Assembly: GCA_943846675.1 (NCBI GenBank)
Contig: OX044357.1
Span: forward strand, 2,136,967-2,200,966
DNA: 64,000 nucleotides
From: an uncultured Bacteroidia bacterium
GTDB lineage: Bacteria > Bacteroidota > Bacteroidia > NS11-12g > UBA9320
Reading direction: 5' to 3'
The number at the start of each line of letters is the position of its first letter. Position 1 is the first letter of the stretch. Made by a program: the position numbers and the translations under genes. Positions 1-8,838 of this stretch are shown here, piece after piece. Below the pieces are notes generated by a model. That model had not been told where the DNA came from and made no database searches. It was given only the letters and a program-made list of their open reading frames with translations.

Positions 1-1
1 T

Positions 2-820
2 CAAAACACTTTTGGAGGAAACCGAGATGCCTATTTGGCGAAAATTAGTCAGTGTATTGCCAACCCTGGAACAGATGTACAAACGGCTTGTGACTCTTAT
101 AAATGGATTGACGGAAAAACTTATACGGCAAGTACGAATACACCGCAGTTTACACTCACTTCAACCGATGGATGCGACAGCGTGGTAACCTTAAATTTAA
201 CGATTAATATTTCACCAAAACGCACCTATACCGTTAGTGCTTGTGGTTCATATACCGTTGTTGGTGGAAAAACGTACACCCAGAGTGGAACCTACAACTA
301 TTCCAAAGCAAGTGCGTCGGCATGTGACAGTATCATCACGTTGAAACTGACCATTACCACTGTTAAAACTGACGTGGTAGTGAACCGTTCTACACTTAGT
401 GCGGTAGAGGCATCTGGAACCTACCAATGGTTGAATTGTTCAAACTTCGCACCTATTGCGGGCGAAACAAGACGGTCATTCAAGGCTGTGGAGAATGGAG
501 ACTATGCGGTTGAGATTACAAAAAACAACTGTATTGATACGTCTGACTGCACCAACGTAAAACCAGTAGGAATTGAAGATGTGAATACTTTATCTGTTCA
601 GGTTTACCCAAATCCAAGTGACGGTATCATTAACATTGTGTTACATCAATATCCAAACGCTAACGTTGAGTTGTATAACAGCGCGGGTCAAAAGTGTTTC
701 ATAAAAGAAGGTATCACAGCTGGCGTATACAGGTTAAACAGACCAGATTTGTTAGGTGTGTATACACTAAAGGTGTCAAGTCGTGAAGGGGTTTACTTTA
801 TGAGGTTGTTGATGCACTAA
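2..820 (+). CDS. Secreted protein, 5'-truncated by the window edge, with Cys-containing tandem ~45 aa repeats and a T9SS type-A C-terminal sorting domain
   Basis: The reading frame is open from the window start, with the first in-frame start at TTG 35. It contains repeated C.SY.W.DGKTYT...CDS..TL.L.I modules. The C-terminus VYPNPSDGIINIVL...GVYTLKV matches the Por/T9SS CTD-A consensus. Confidence 0.6.
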   Translation, partial: QNTFGGNRDAYLAKISQCIANPGTDVQTACDSYKWIDGKTYTASTNTPQFTLTSTDGCDSVVTLNLTINISPKRTYTVSACGSYTVVGGKTYTQSGTYNYSKASASACDSIITLKLTITTVKTDVVVNRSTLSAVEASGTYQWLNCSNFAPIAGETRRSFKAVENGDYAVEITKNNCIDTSDCTNVKPVGIEDVNTLSVQVYPNPSDGIINIVLHQYPNANVELYNSAGQKCFIKEGITAGVYRLNRPDLLGVYTLKVSSREGVYFMRLLMH

Positions 821-1027
821 AATAAATTTCGAAACTGATTTAGTCGAATTTTTATTAGTATTAAACACCTTAATACGAAACAAAACCCATCCGGATTGGG
901 TTAGTTACTACATACCACAATTCATTTCCAATAGTCGAAAATGACCAATGGTGTTTAAAGTGCCAAAAAACGATACTGGTGCTTACAGCAGAATACGAAA
1001 TCAGACTAAAAATACAGATTCTCAAAT

Positions 1028-1924
1028 ATGTCAAAATGGAATGCAAGTATGATCCCTGACCAGAAAGGTAGAGTGATTATTGTAACAGGTGCAACAAGCG
1101 GTTTAGGAAAGGAAACAGCCAGAGTATTAGCCAAAAAAAATGCCACTGTGGTTATGGCCATCCGAAATGTCAAAAAAGGAGAAGCAGTTGTAGCTGAATT
1201 CAAAAAGGACTTGCCAAACGCATCTTTCGATGTGCGTGCCTTGAGTTTGGATAGTTTAGATTCGATACGTCAGTTTGCCGATGGGATAATAAAGTCCTAT
1301 GATCGCATTGATGTATTGATCAATAATGCGGGAGTTATGGCGTGTCCTTTTTCTAAAACCACCGATGGATTTGAAATCCAAATGGGTGTCAATCACCTCG
1401 GGCACTTTGCACTTACCGGATTACTGATGCCACTTATACAAAAAACACCAGGCTCACGAATCGTTGCAACTTCGAGCCAGGCACACAGACTGGGTGACAT
1501 CGACTTCGATGATTTACAATGGAAGGATAGAAAATACGTGACGGGCAAAGCTTACTCGGACAGTAAAATTGCCAACTTGTACTTCACATATGAGTTAACA
1601 CGAAAACTTAAGGACCAACCCAATGCACCAATGATAACAGCAGCGCATCCAGGCTGGACAATCACTGAGTTGCAAAGACATTCACTCATGTTTAGAGTAT
1701 TAAACCCACTATTTGGTCAAAAGGTAGATCAAGGCACTTTGCCAACGCTTAGGGCGGCAACTGACGAAAAAGCAAAATCAGACGATTACTATGGACCAAA
1801 AGGTTTTATGGAAATGACAGGCGCTCCTTTGCTCGTGCAATCCAATGCACGGTCGCATGACACACATAAAGCAAAAAAACTTTGGTCTATGTCTGAATCA
1901 CTAACAGGTGTGACATACCCTTAA
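1028..1924 (+). CDS. Short-chain dehydrogenase/reductase (SDR) family oxidoreductase
   Basis: N-terminal Rossmann motif VIIVTGATSGLGKETA, an NNAG motif (LINNAGVM) and a YxxxK catalytic motif (YSDSK). The fold resembles retinol-dehydrogenase/WWOX-like SDRs. Confidence 0.85.
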   Translation: MSKWNASMIPDQKGRVIIVTGATSGLGKETARVLAKKNATVVMAIRNVKKGEAVVAEFKKDLPNASFDVRALSLDSLDSIRQFADGIIKSYDRIDVLINNAGVMACPFSKTTDGFEIQMGVNHLGHFALTGLLMPLIQKTPGSRIVATSSQAHRLGDIDFDDLQWKDRKYVTGKAYSDSKIANLYFTYELTRKLKDQPNAPMITAAHPGWTITELQRHSLMFRVLNPLFGQKVDQGTLPTLRAATDEKAKSDDYYGPKGFMEMTGAPLLVQSNARSHDTHKAKKLWSMSESLTGVTYP

Positions 1925-1946
1925 TAGTATATCAAACTTTGGATGA

Positions 1947-2411
1947 TTACTCCAATACGGCATCCAACACTTCTCGCGCTTTATAACCTGCAAAATTCTG
2001 GTTGGTAAAAACGTCGAACTCTAGAAAGTCGATGAGATTCGTTAATTCTTCATCTTTCTTTTTGGCAAAGGCTTTACGGGCTGCATTACCAAAAACAAAA
2101 TTCATTTCGGTTAAACCCGTACCTCGGTTCCTTCCGTACAAAAAATATATTTCATTGTCGCCTGGTTTAATGTCTTTGGCATTCATCATTGGGCCTGAAG
2201 CATTAAACCAAATGTGTATGGTTAACGCCTTACACCCCTTGCATTTTTTTAGAAATTTTGTGTACGCACAACTGCCTTTGATGTGCAGCGAACCGTTTGT
2301 TATACCAAGTGTATCAAGTACCACATTTTGAGACTGTGCTTTACAGGTAAAAGACAGGAGAACCAAGATAATTAAACTAAAGCGCTTCATTTTGTAATTG
2401 GATTTTGTCAA
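1947..2411 (-). CDS. Hypothetical secreted protein
   Basis: Signal peptide MKRFSLIILVLLSFTCKAQ. No recognisable domain. It is the last gene of a minus-strand ECF-sigma operon. Confidence 0.4.
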   Translation of the reverse strand: MTKSNYKMKRFSLIILVLLSFTCKAQSQNVVLDTLGITNGSLHIKGSCAYTKFLKKCKGCKALTIHIWFNASGPMMNAKDIKPGDNEIYFLYGRNRGTGLTEMNFVFGNAARKAFAKKKDEELTNLIDFLEFDVFTNQNFAGYKAREVLDAVLE

Positions 2412-2508
2412 ATATAAGATTGAAACTCAAACCCAAACATGTGGGAAACAAAAAAGCCCGAGTTTCCCCGGACTTAGTTTATGTAATAAGTATTTACTTG
2501 AAAAAGTT

Positions 2509-3405
2509 TTATCGCGTTGCCTCACCTGTAGGAAAGCTCAGGTTTTGATTCATGTCGTAAGCGGTGTGATCTGCCGCCATATCAGAGATATCGCCTACCA
2601 ATGGTTTTAAAGCAAATGGCATTGGGCTGTTGTCTGGTACAGGCTCGACACTAATCACTGCTTTACCACCTTTTAAATCCGTCGGAAATGTTAACATACC
2701 CGGAGCGTTTATTAAGAAGTCTTCCCCAGGGAATGGAGGTCCTGCTTTTGAACCGCTGAATGTAGCCGAATTGTCTGCTGCATCTACTGTGCTAAAAGTG
2801 CCCGTGCTAACCGGAACACCGTCAATTACTGCCCATCCTTCATAAATCCAACCATCTGGCAAAGTAGGTAGTGTTAATCCCACTGCAGGCGCTCCTGAAG
2901 AGTTATCTAAAAACCAAACACCACTTGCCTCGTTGCTCATGTCGTCGTCTGTAGGGGTTGCTAAAATGTACTTGCCTGCAACTGTACTAAACGAGTGCTT
3001 TATGGCTGAACTGTGGTCGATGGTTAAGTTCGCAGAACCTCCACTGAAGTCACCTGCAACAATATGTACCTTACTTGGTGCTGGATCATTGTCTGGCTTA
3101 GGCTCAATGGTTAATACAAATGAGCTTGCGTCTGCCAAATCTTCTTTCGCAATTTCAAACGCCGTTTGAGATAACATTCCAGAAGCGTTCACATCGAACG
3201 TACCGGTGGAAATTGCGCTTCCATTTACAATTAGCCAACCTTCATAAGTTGCGTCGCTGCCTAAATCTTCTAGACCGGTAAATGATAAGTTTAATGTTGA
3301 TGTTTTTGCGGTAGTATTCATATCATCTGTAGCATCGTCTGTACATGCATTAAATAATAAACCACTTAGCAAAATAAGACCTAATCCTTTGATTGTGTTT
3401 GTCAT
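2509..3405 (-). CDS. Lipoprotein with an internal tandem duplication of a ~130 aa domain
   Basis: Lipoprotein signal ending LFNACTDDATDD, with Cys followed by acidic residues. Two homologous halves are visible: EGWLIVNGSAISTGTF...LTIEPKPDNDPAPS and EGWAVIDGVPVSTGTF...ISVEPVPDNSPMPF. The start is taken at MTNTIKG rather than the upstream in-frame ORF start. Confidence 0.5.
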   Translation of the reverse strand: MTNTIKGLGLILLSGLLFNACTDDATDDMNTTAKTSTLNLSFTGLEDLGSDATYEGWLIVNGSAISTGTFDVNASGMLSQTAFEIAKEDLADASSFVLTIEPKPDNDPAPSKVHIVAGDFSGGSANLTIDHSSAIKHSFSTVAGKYILATPTDDDMSNEASGVWFLDNSSGAPAVGLTLPTLPDGWIYEGWAVIDGVPVSTGTFSTVDAADNSATFSGSKAGPPFPGEDFLINAPGMLTFPTDLKGGKAVISVEPVPDNSPMPFALKPLVGDISDMAADHTAYDMNQNLSFPTGEATR

Positions 3406-3499
3406 AATTCTGATTTTTATATTCTTGTTTATTATGATTATGCAGCCGTTTGACAAACCGTTGCCTCACACTCAAAAAATAATTAGAAAGTTGTACCTA

Positions 3500-4963
3500 T
3501 TAGAACTTCAGACCAACCACAACAGACGATTGAATCATGGAAACTTGCGTCTTAACTTGCTCTGGGCCTTCTACTTGACGAATAGATTGCAAAGATCTTG
3601 TATAGGCAGTTGACAGTCCTAAAGTCATGTTTTTGTGAATGCTACGAGACAGTTTTAATCCGACTAAGCCTGAACCATATAGCTTGGTCATTTGCTTCGT
3701 TGACACTTCTTCAAAGGTTTCTGTGGCTAAAACGGATGTGTTGCGCTTCATTTCAAATGCCATTTCTTGTTTCATCTCTATGGCATAGTTGGCTGAGACA
3801 CCAAATCGGCCTTGTAATTCCCATTTAGTGTTACTGTAAAGACCATAACCTAGGCCTACGTAAGCTGCGGTTGTATGAAAAGTGTTTGTGATAGCAGTTG
3901 AGTTATTCAGTAAACTTCCGTTCGGGAAAGTTTGGTTCTGAAGATCAAAGGATAGCGCACCTTCAAATTTGCGTATTGGGGATTCTAAACCAATTGGTGC
4001 AGTATAGATCGACTCACCTGAAGAAGATACACTTTCGTTCGCTTTTGAGTACTGCGCTTCATCTTCAAATATGCTGCTATTCCGGTACAACTGATATTGT
4101 ATACGCATATCAACCGACCATTTAGTAGATTTTAGTCTGTGTGTTAGTCCTGCACCTAGTTGATATCCAGCGTACCAATTATCATATCGTGTTAAATTGG
4201 TTGGAAGCGGGTTATTGGCGGTCATGGAGAGGCTAGAGGCATTGCCGCCTAGAAAGAAATACACTTGGTTTAGATCCATATCTTCTTCCTCTTCCTCATT
4301 TTGGCTTTCAACTATTTGCGCAACAACAAAAGGTAATATCGGTTTGATTGAATCTTGCACTGTTGGATCGCTTAACTCCATCGTGTTTAGACGAGAATTA
4401 ACGTTTGGTTCTGGGATATTGGTTTCATAAATCGTTATGCGCTCAATAGATTGACTTTGTTCAACCTCCTTTGTGGCTTTTAAGTTCGCATTGTCCTCTG
4501 GCAAAACGACGTTAGTCCTTTTACCTCCTCGTGGCTTTTTGTTTTGTATTGGCGTTGTTTCTTTTTGAACAGGTACAGTTGGCAAATCCGTCGTGGTTAT
4601 AGATGTTTTAGATGTTTCTTTTTGAACCGTACTATCTGACGCTGATGAAGTAATTATTGATTTGTTCGCTTTATCGTTTTCAATAAGCGAAGTCAGTTTA
4701 TCATCTATCTGGTTAAGACGGTTCATATTCCATATTGTTGTTGACAAAAGGGCAACGATAACCACACCAAGAATCGTCCAAAACCACAAAAACCCAAAAC
4801 GCTTCTTTTTCTTCTCATCTAATATTTGGAATGCATTATCGAGCACAGAATCTGGTGGATTATCCCAGCCATCTCCTGCTGTTTCGTTGGTATTGAGGCG
4901 ATTTTTAAAAAATGCCTCTAATTCTGAATTGTTGTTGTCTTCTTCATTCATAATTGTTGACAT
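3500..4963 (-). CDS. Putative anti-sigma factor with a C-terminal outer-membrane beta-barrel-like domain
   Basis: Acidic cytoplasmic N-terminus, a single TM helix (FGFLWFWTILGVVIVALLSTTIW), then an S/T/P/K-rich linker and a beta-strand-rich C-terminal ~250 aa with alternating hydrophobic pattern ending in F. The start is coupled to the upstream sigma gene stop by an ATGA overlap at 4963. Confidence 0.5.
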   Translation of the reverse strand: MSTIMNEEDNNNSELEAFFKNRLNTNETAGDGWDNPPDSVLDNAFQILDEKKKKRFGFLWFWTILGVVIVALLSTTIWNMNRLNQIDDKLTSLIENDKANKSIITSSASDSTVQKETSKTSITTTDLPTVPVQKETTPIQNKKPRGGKRTNVVLPEDNANLKATKEVEQSQSIERITIYETNIPEPNVNSRLNTMELSDPTVQDSIKPILPFVVAQIVESQNEEEEEDMDLNQVYFFLGGNASSLSMTANNPLPTNLTRYDNWYAGYQLGAGLTHRLKSTKWSVDMRIQYQLYRNSSIFEDEAQYSKANESVSSSGESIYTAPIGLESPIRKFEGALSFDLQNQTFPNGSLLNNSTAITNTFHTTAAYVGLGYGLYSNTKWELQGRFGVSANYAIEMKQEMAFEMKRNTSVLATETFEEVSTKQMTKLYGSGLVGLKLSRSIHKNMTLGLSTAYTRSLQSIRQVEGPEQVKTQVSMIQSSVVVGLKF

Positions 4964-5493
4964 TAAATTAAAACCTCCAGTTTATGTTGCAGCATTTTCT
5001 TAGCTTTAAACAGCTGAGACTTTGAGGTTCCTTCTGAAATTTGTAGCGTCTCCCCTATCTCGCGGTGATTAAAACCATCCAACACATAGAGGTTAAATAC
5101 CATCCGATACCCCTCTGGTAAACCGGATATTAATTTCGTTAATTCTTTTCTAGAAAGTGACTCAAATGGCGTTTCTGAATCATCAATCTTTTGTATTTCG
5201 TCGTTTAACTCATCGGTAACAAATTGTGATTTATTTTTTCTGAGGTACATCAAATTTTCGTTGACAACGATTTTCGAAGACCAAGACTGGAAAGACCCTT
5301 TGTTCACGTCAAACTGAGACATTTTAGTAAATATTTTAACCAAAGCGTTTTGCAGGACGTCAGCCGCATCATTCTGATCACGGTTGTATCGCAAACAAAT
5401 TCGAAACCAAACACTTTTGTACCTATTGTACAATTCTGTTTGCGCCTTTCTTTTGTTCTTTTGCGCTTGTTTAATTACCTGTTTTTCGTCCAT
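4963..5493 (-). CDS. RNA polymerase ECF-type sigma-70 factor
   Basis: 176 aa with sigma-70 region 2 and region 4 features. The region 4 helix-turn-helix is LDGFNHREIGETLQISEGTSKSQLFKAKKML. The stop overlaps the downstream anti-sigma start. Confidence 0.8.
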   Translation of the reverse strand: MDEKQVIKQAQKNKRKAQTELYNRYKSVWFRICLRYNRDQNDAADVLQNALVKIFTKMSQFDVNKGSFQSWSSKIVVNENLMYLRKNKSQFVTDELNDEIQKIDDSETPFESLSRKELTKLISGLPEGYRMVFNLYVLDGFNHREIGETLQISEGTSKSQLFKAKKMLQHKLEVLI

Positions 5494-5717
5494 TCAAATC
5501 GATTTGAACCCGCTTCATTTATTAGTGTTATGCACTAAATAAGAAAAGGGTTGCCTGAACTTTGTCTCGTATTATTCAAATCCATGACGACAGAAAGGTA
5601 CAAACGTGAAATTGTTGCTCAGTTTTGACACGCAACAATGCTTTAAATAAAGCCACGGTAGCTTAAACTGCCTACCCGAAATGCAATACGCGTGACGGCA
5701 AACTTTGTGACTTGAGG

Positions 5718-6776
5718 TCAGTCCGTAACTTTAGGCGCTTCTATCGGTGTGTCACTTTTCACAATGACAAAACAAGAAGTCGCATAAAACGCCCCATTGT
5801 TTCCTGATGTTGTACCGCCATCTGACGTCCAGTTCTCATATTCGTATTCGAAATCAAATGATTGACCCGCTTTAGCATCGTTAAAAGTGTTTACGCGCAC
5901 TGGCACAGCCATTCCGGGACACCAACCTGCCCGGTCTGGTTGCCAATTTCCGCGTTGATTTTTAACCGGATTAGTTGCACAACCGAGTGGTGATAATTTA
6001 TGACTATAAAGTGGAGCGTCGTCAATTTTTATGTGATGCGTTCTATAACACCATTCTGCGCATGGTCGTCCATCTGCATCTGTAGGTGTTGCATGTCCCC
6101 ATCCCGAAATAATCGTTCGAAGGCTTGTCTCTTTTGAATTCGCAGGAATAGCTACGGTTTTTGTTAAATCTTTATTGTGATCTACACCGTAAGGAACCCC
6201 GGAGGTCGACCAAGCGTCATACATAATCACATCCGACACAGCGTAATACTGGTAATCTGGTTCGCCAGTAGTCACTTCAAAATTAACCGTAAGGTTCCAA
6301 CCATCTGCGCCCCACGTTTCTATTCTAGCACGCAACTCAACCTCACCGCTTAACAGTGATTTAAAGTCTGTTACATCTATTTCAAATCCTTTTTCTATAG
6401 GCGAATTATCAATACCATAAGGTGTTATGTATCTTCCGATTTCATACCACTTGTCGGCTTTTTTGTCTTTCACTTTGATATTGGCATACACATCCCAAAT
6501 GTTACAGCCGCCTGATGGACAATCTAGAATTACAAACATCTTAATGTTGTCAACGTCAAGACTTGATGGATGCATGGTAAAGGTTTTCTCCACTGTTTGC
6601 TTTTTACCACCACCAAAAGCAATATGCTCTTGTTCGAATGTTTTGTATTCAATGGTTTCAACTTTTACCGGCACTTTTTCTTCCGGTGTCGCTTCACCTT
6701 TATCATCCTTGCACGACTGGGTTGACATGACCAAAACAGCCAGCATGAACATCGCTATATTTTTTATTTTTTTCAT
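5718..6776 (-). CDS. PNGase F homologue, peptide-N4-(N-acetyl-beta-glucosaminyl)asparagine amidase F-like lipoprotein
   Basis: Strong colinear similarity to Elizabethkingia PNGase F across the whole length. Matching blocks include YEIGRYITPYG...GFEIDVTDFKSLLSGEVEL, TIISGWGHATPTDADGRPCAEWCYRTHHI, PDRAGWCPGMAVPVRV and AFYATSCFVIVKSDTPIEAP. Lipoprotein signal ...STQSCKDDKGE. Confidence 0.85.
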   Translation of the reverse strand: MKKIKNIAMFMLAVLVMSTQSCKDDKGEATPEEKVPVKVETIEYKTFEQEHIAFGGGKKQTVEKTFTMHPSSLDVDNIKMFVILDCPSGGCNIWDVYANIKVKDKKADKWYEIGRYITPYGIDNSPIEKGFEIDVTDFKSLLSGEVELRARIETWGADGWNLTVNFEVTTGEPDYQYYAVSDVIMYDAWSTSGVPYGVDHNKDLTKTVAIPANSKETSLRTIISGWGHATPTDADGRPCAEWCYRTHHIKIDDAPLYSHKLSPLGCATNPVKNQRGNWQPDRAGWCPGMAVPVRVNTFNDAKAGQSFDFEYEYENWTSDGGTTSGNNGAFYATSCFVIVKSDTPIEAPKVTD

Positions 6777-6860
6777 TGCCCCAAAAGTAATAGAATAGGC
6801 TTAATCAAAAACCATCCGACAGTAATGAAATAACGTCGCTTCAAAACAGCGAAAACAAAA

Positions 6861-6888
6861 AAACCACCTGCCAGTTGACAGGTGGTTT
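6861..6888 (-). terminator. Rho-independent terminator downstream of the fasciclin gene
   Basis: 10 bp stem aaaccacctg / caggtggttt with an 8 nt loop. On the minus strand it is followed by TTTTTTTGTTTTC. It sits between the fasciclin stop (6915) and the PNGase F-like start (6776). Confidence 0.7.
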
Positions 6889-6914
6889 AATAGATAATGA
6901 ATTAACGTGTTCGT

Positions 6915-7883
6915 TTATAACTTTGGTATAATTACTTTATCGATAGCATGAATCACACCATTAGATGTCTGAACATCAGCTATCTGTACGGTTGATACAT
7001 TCATGTTTGCATCTGTGATTTGAACACCACTTGTATTGTTTATTGTAATGGTTGAACCTTCAAATGTTTCTGGCTGCATACCGTCGGTAATCTCACTCGC
7101 TGTAACGTTATTACCAGCAATAACGTGGTATTTCAATACAGCCTCTAAAACGGCTACTGGAATATCTGCTAATGCGTCCCAATCGTCGTTACCGGCCAAC
7201 AAATCCATAAATGCTTGGTTCGTTGGAGCGAAAATTGTGAATGGACCTTCTGTACTTAAAGTAGCTACAAAATCAGTAGTTAGGTCGCTTCTTGTTAGCG
7301 CTTGAACTAATAAACCGAATGAGGGGTTTGCCAATGCTGCGTCTACCGAATTTGGAATAGTAATTACTTTATCGATGATGTGAATTACACCATTGCTTGC
7401 CATTACGTCTGGCGTTGAAACAGTTGATCGGTTATTGATCATTACGCCGTTACTTAGGTCAATAAGCGCTGAGACTTTAGTGTCTTCAGGGCCGTCTGCC
7501 ATCGTAGATACATAACCAGCAGTTAACATGTCGCTAGTTACTTTACCATCAACAACATGGTTTAATAGGATTTGAGTTAGCGTAGCATCGTCAACTTTGT
7601 CTAAGCCGTCAATTTCTAATTCAGCTAGTAAAGCAGTAAAAGCATCATCCGTTGGTGCAAATACAGTAAATGGACCGTCACCCATTAACACGGCGTCTAA
7701 ATCTACTCTTTCTAAAGCAGATACTAAAATTGTGAAGTCGTTTGTTTTGGCTACGTCAACAATTGTGGTAGACATTGTTGTGTTGTCAGTTGGTGTTGGC
7801 GTGTCGTCGTCATCAGAACATGCGCTAAAAGTGAAAGCCGTAAATACGACTAGAGGGAGCATAAATAATTTAATGTTTTTCAT
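6915..7883 (-). CDS. Fasciclin (FAS1) domain lipoprotein with two FAS1 domains
   Basis: Two repeats of the FAS1 signature are present: FTVFAPTDDAF...NGVIHIIDKVI and FTIFAPTNQAF...NGVIHAIDKVI. Lipoprotein signal FSACSDDDDTPTP. Confidence 0.85.
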   Translation of the reverse strand: MKNIKLFMLPLVVFTAFTFSACSDDDDTPTPTDNTTMSTTIVDVAKTNDFTILVSALERVDLDAVLMGDGPFTVFAPTDDAFTALLAELEIDGLDKVDDATLTQILLNHVVDGKVTSDMLTAGYVSTMADGPEDTKVSALIDLSNGVMINNRSTVSTPDVMASNGVIHIIDKVITIPNSVDAALANPSFGLLVQALTRSDLTTDFVATLSTEGPFTIFAPTNQAFMDLLAGNDDWDALADIPVAVLEAVLKYHVIAGNNVTASEITDGMQPETFEGSTITINNTSGVQITDANMNVSTVQIADVQTSNGVIHAIDKVIIPKL

Positions 7884-8087
7884 TTTTTTCTGTTTCTAGA
7901 ATTTATACCTCTCTTAACATCACTTTTTGTTTAATGTTTTTACTTTTTTGCTAAACAAAGTAAGAAATGCGTCACAAACTTTTACCTTGAAACTAAGAGT
8001 ACATTTTGCTATTTGACATTCCACTATTGATAGGATGCCAAGTAACAATACAATAAGGTATAGGATTATACGTATGAGAAATTGGCC

Positions 8088-8504
8088 TTAAGTGGCTTCG
8101 ACAAAATACGCCCGCATCGGTATAAAGTAATGATCTTCCCACCCCTGCTTATAGTCGGGTTGTCCCTCAGGAATTTGGCTATGCTTTAATAGGATCTGAC
8201 AGTTGCCGTCCTTTTCTTCAAAGATCAATTCAAGTATTGAATCAGCATCTTCTTCTTTAAATTCTGTGGTTCTCCATGATTGGACAATGCGATTATTCGA
8301 TTGGATTTCTATATTTCTGCCTGATATATATCCATCCCAAGCCGTGAACTCTGCTCCTACTTGGCTTGATATTTCAGCTTCACCTCCGGTCATCGCAGTA
8401 TGTTTTGCCTTATTCAACCATGATTCAAAAACGTCTTGAACTGAAGACTTTAATTCGACGGAAACGGTAAATGCGATCATCTGTGATGTGTTATATGCAA
8501 ACAA
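8088..8504 (-). CDS. SRPBCC superfamily protein, AHSA1/activator-of-Hsp90-ATPase-like
   Basis: 138 aa with the SRPBCC/AHSA1-like pattern ...FTAWDGYISGRNIEI...IVQSWR.... Confidence 0.6.
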   Translation of the reverse strand: MFAYNTSQMIAFTVSVELKSSVQDVFESWLNKAKHTAMTGGEAEISSQVGAEFTAWDGYISGRNIEIQSNNRIVQSWRTTEFKEEDADSILELIFEEKDGNCQILLKHSQIPEGQPDYKQGWEDHYFIPMRAYFVEAT

Positions 8505-8838
8505 ATATATTTCTAAATTTAATTCAGTAATTGCTATTGACTCTTGTGACTGTTTTTAAATTTTGTGAATTTAATGGTTCTGCACCTTGTACTTGCCACA
8601 TTAACGGAGTCTCTCCGTGACCCAATTCAGAATGATAAAATGTAGGGAAATGAAAGAAACTTCTAAGTAGCCAAACTACATCACATAAGTAATGAACCAG
8701 TACTACTTAGCCATGCGACGCAATGTTGTGAGCACCAGAAAATTTCTGCTCAACGGATTATACATCCTTCTACTAGTCGACTTTCTAAAATAACCGCGAA
8801 TTCAGACCTAGAATAAAGTTTCCAAAAGAAATCACACC

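Noticed and set aside
1006-1203. 65 aa minus-strand ORF overlapping the 5' end of the SDR gene
   Set aside because: It is antisense within a well-supported CDS and has no start context or recognisable motifs. It is a typical spurious ORF in AT-rich DNA.
2002-2331. 109 aa plus-strand ORF inside the 1947-2411 minus-strand gene
   Set aside because: It overlaps the signal-peptide-bearing ORF on the opposite strand and has no features of its own. Only one strand can reasonably code here, and the minus-strand ORF fits the operon.
8505-8838. 334 bp intergenic region inspected for an ncRNA or tRNA
   Set aside because: I saw no tRNA-like cloverleaf, no strong conserved hairpins and no repeats. Without covariance-model tools nothing can be claimed.
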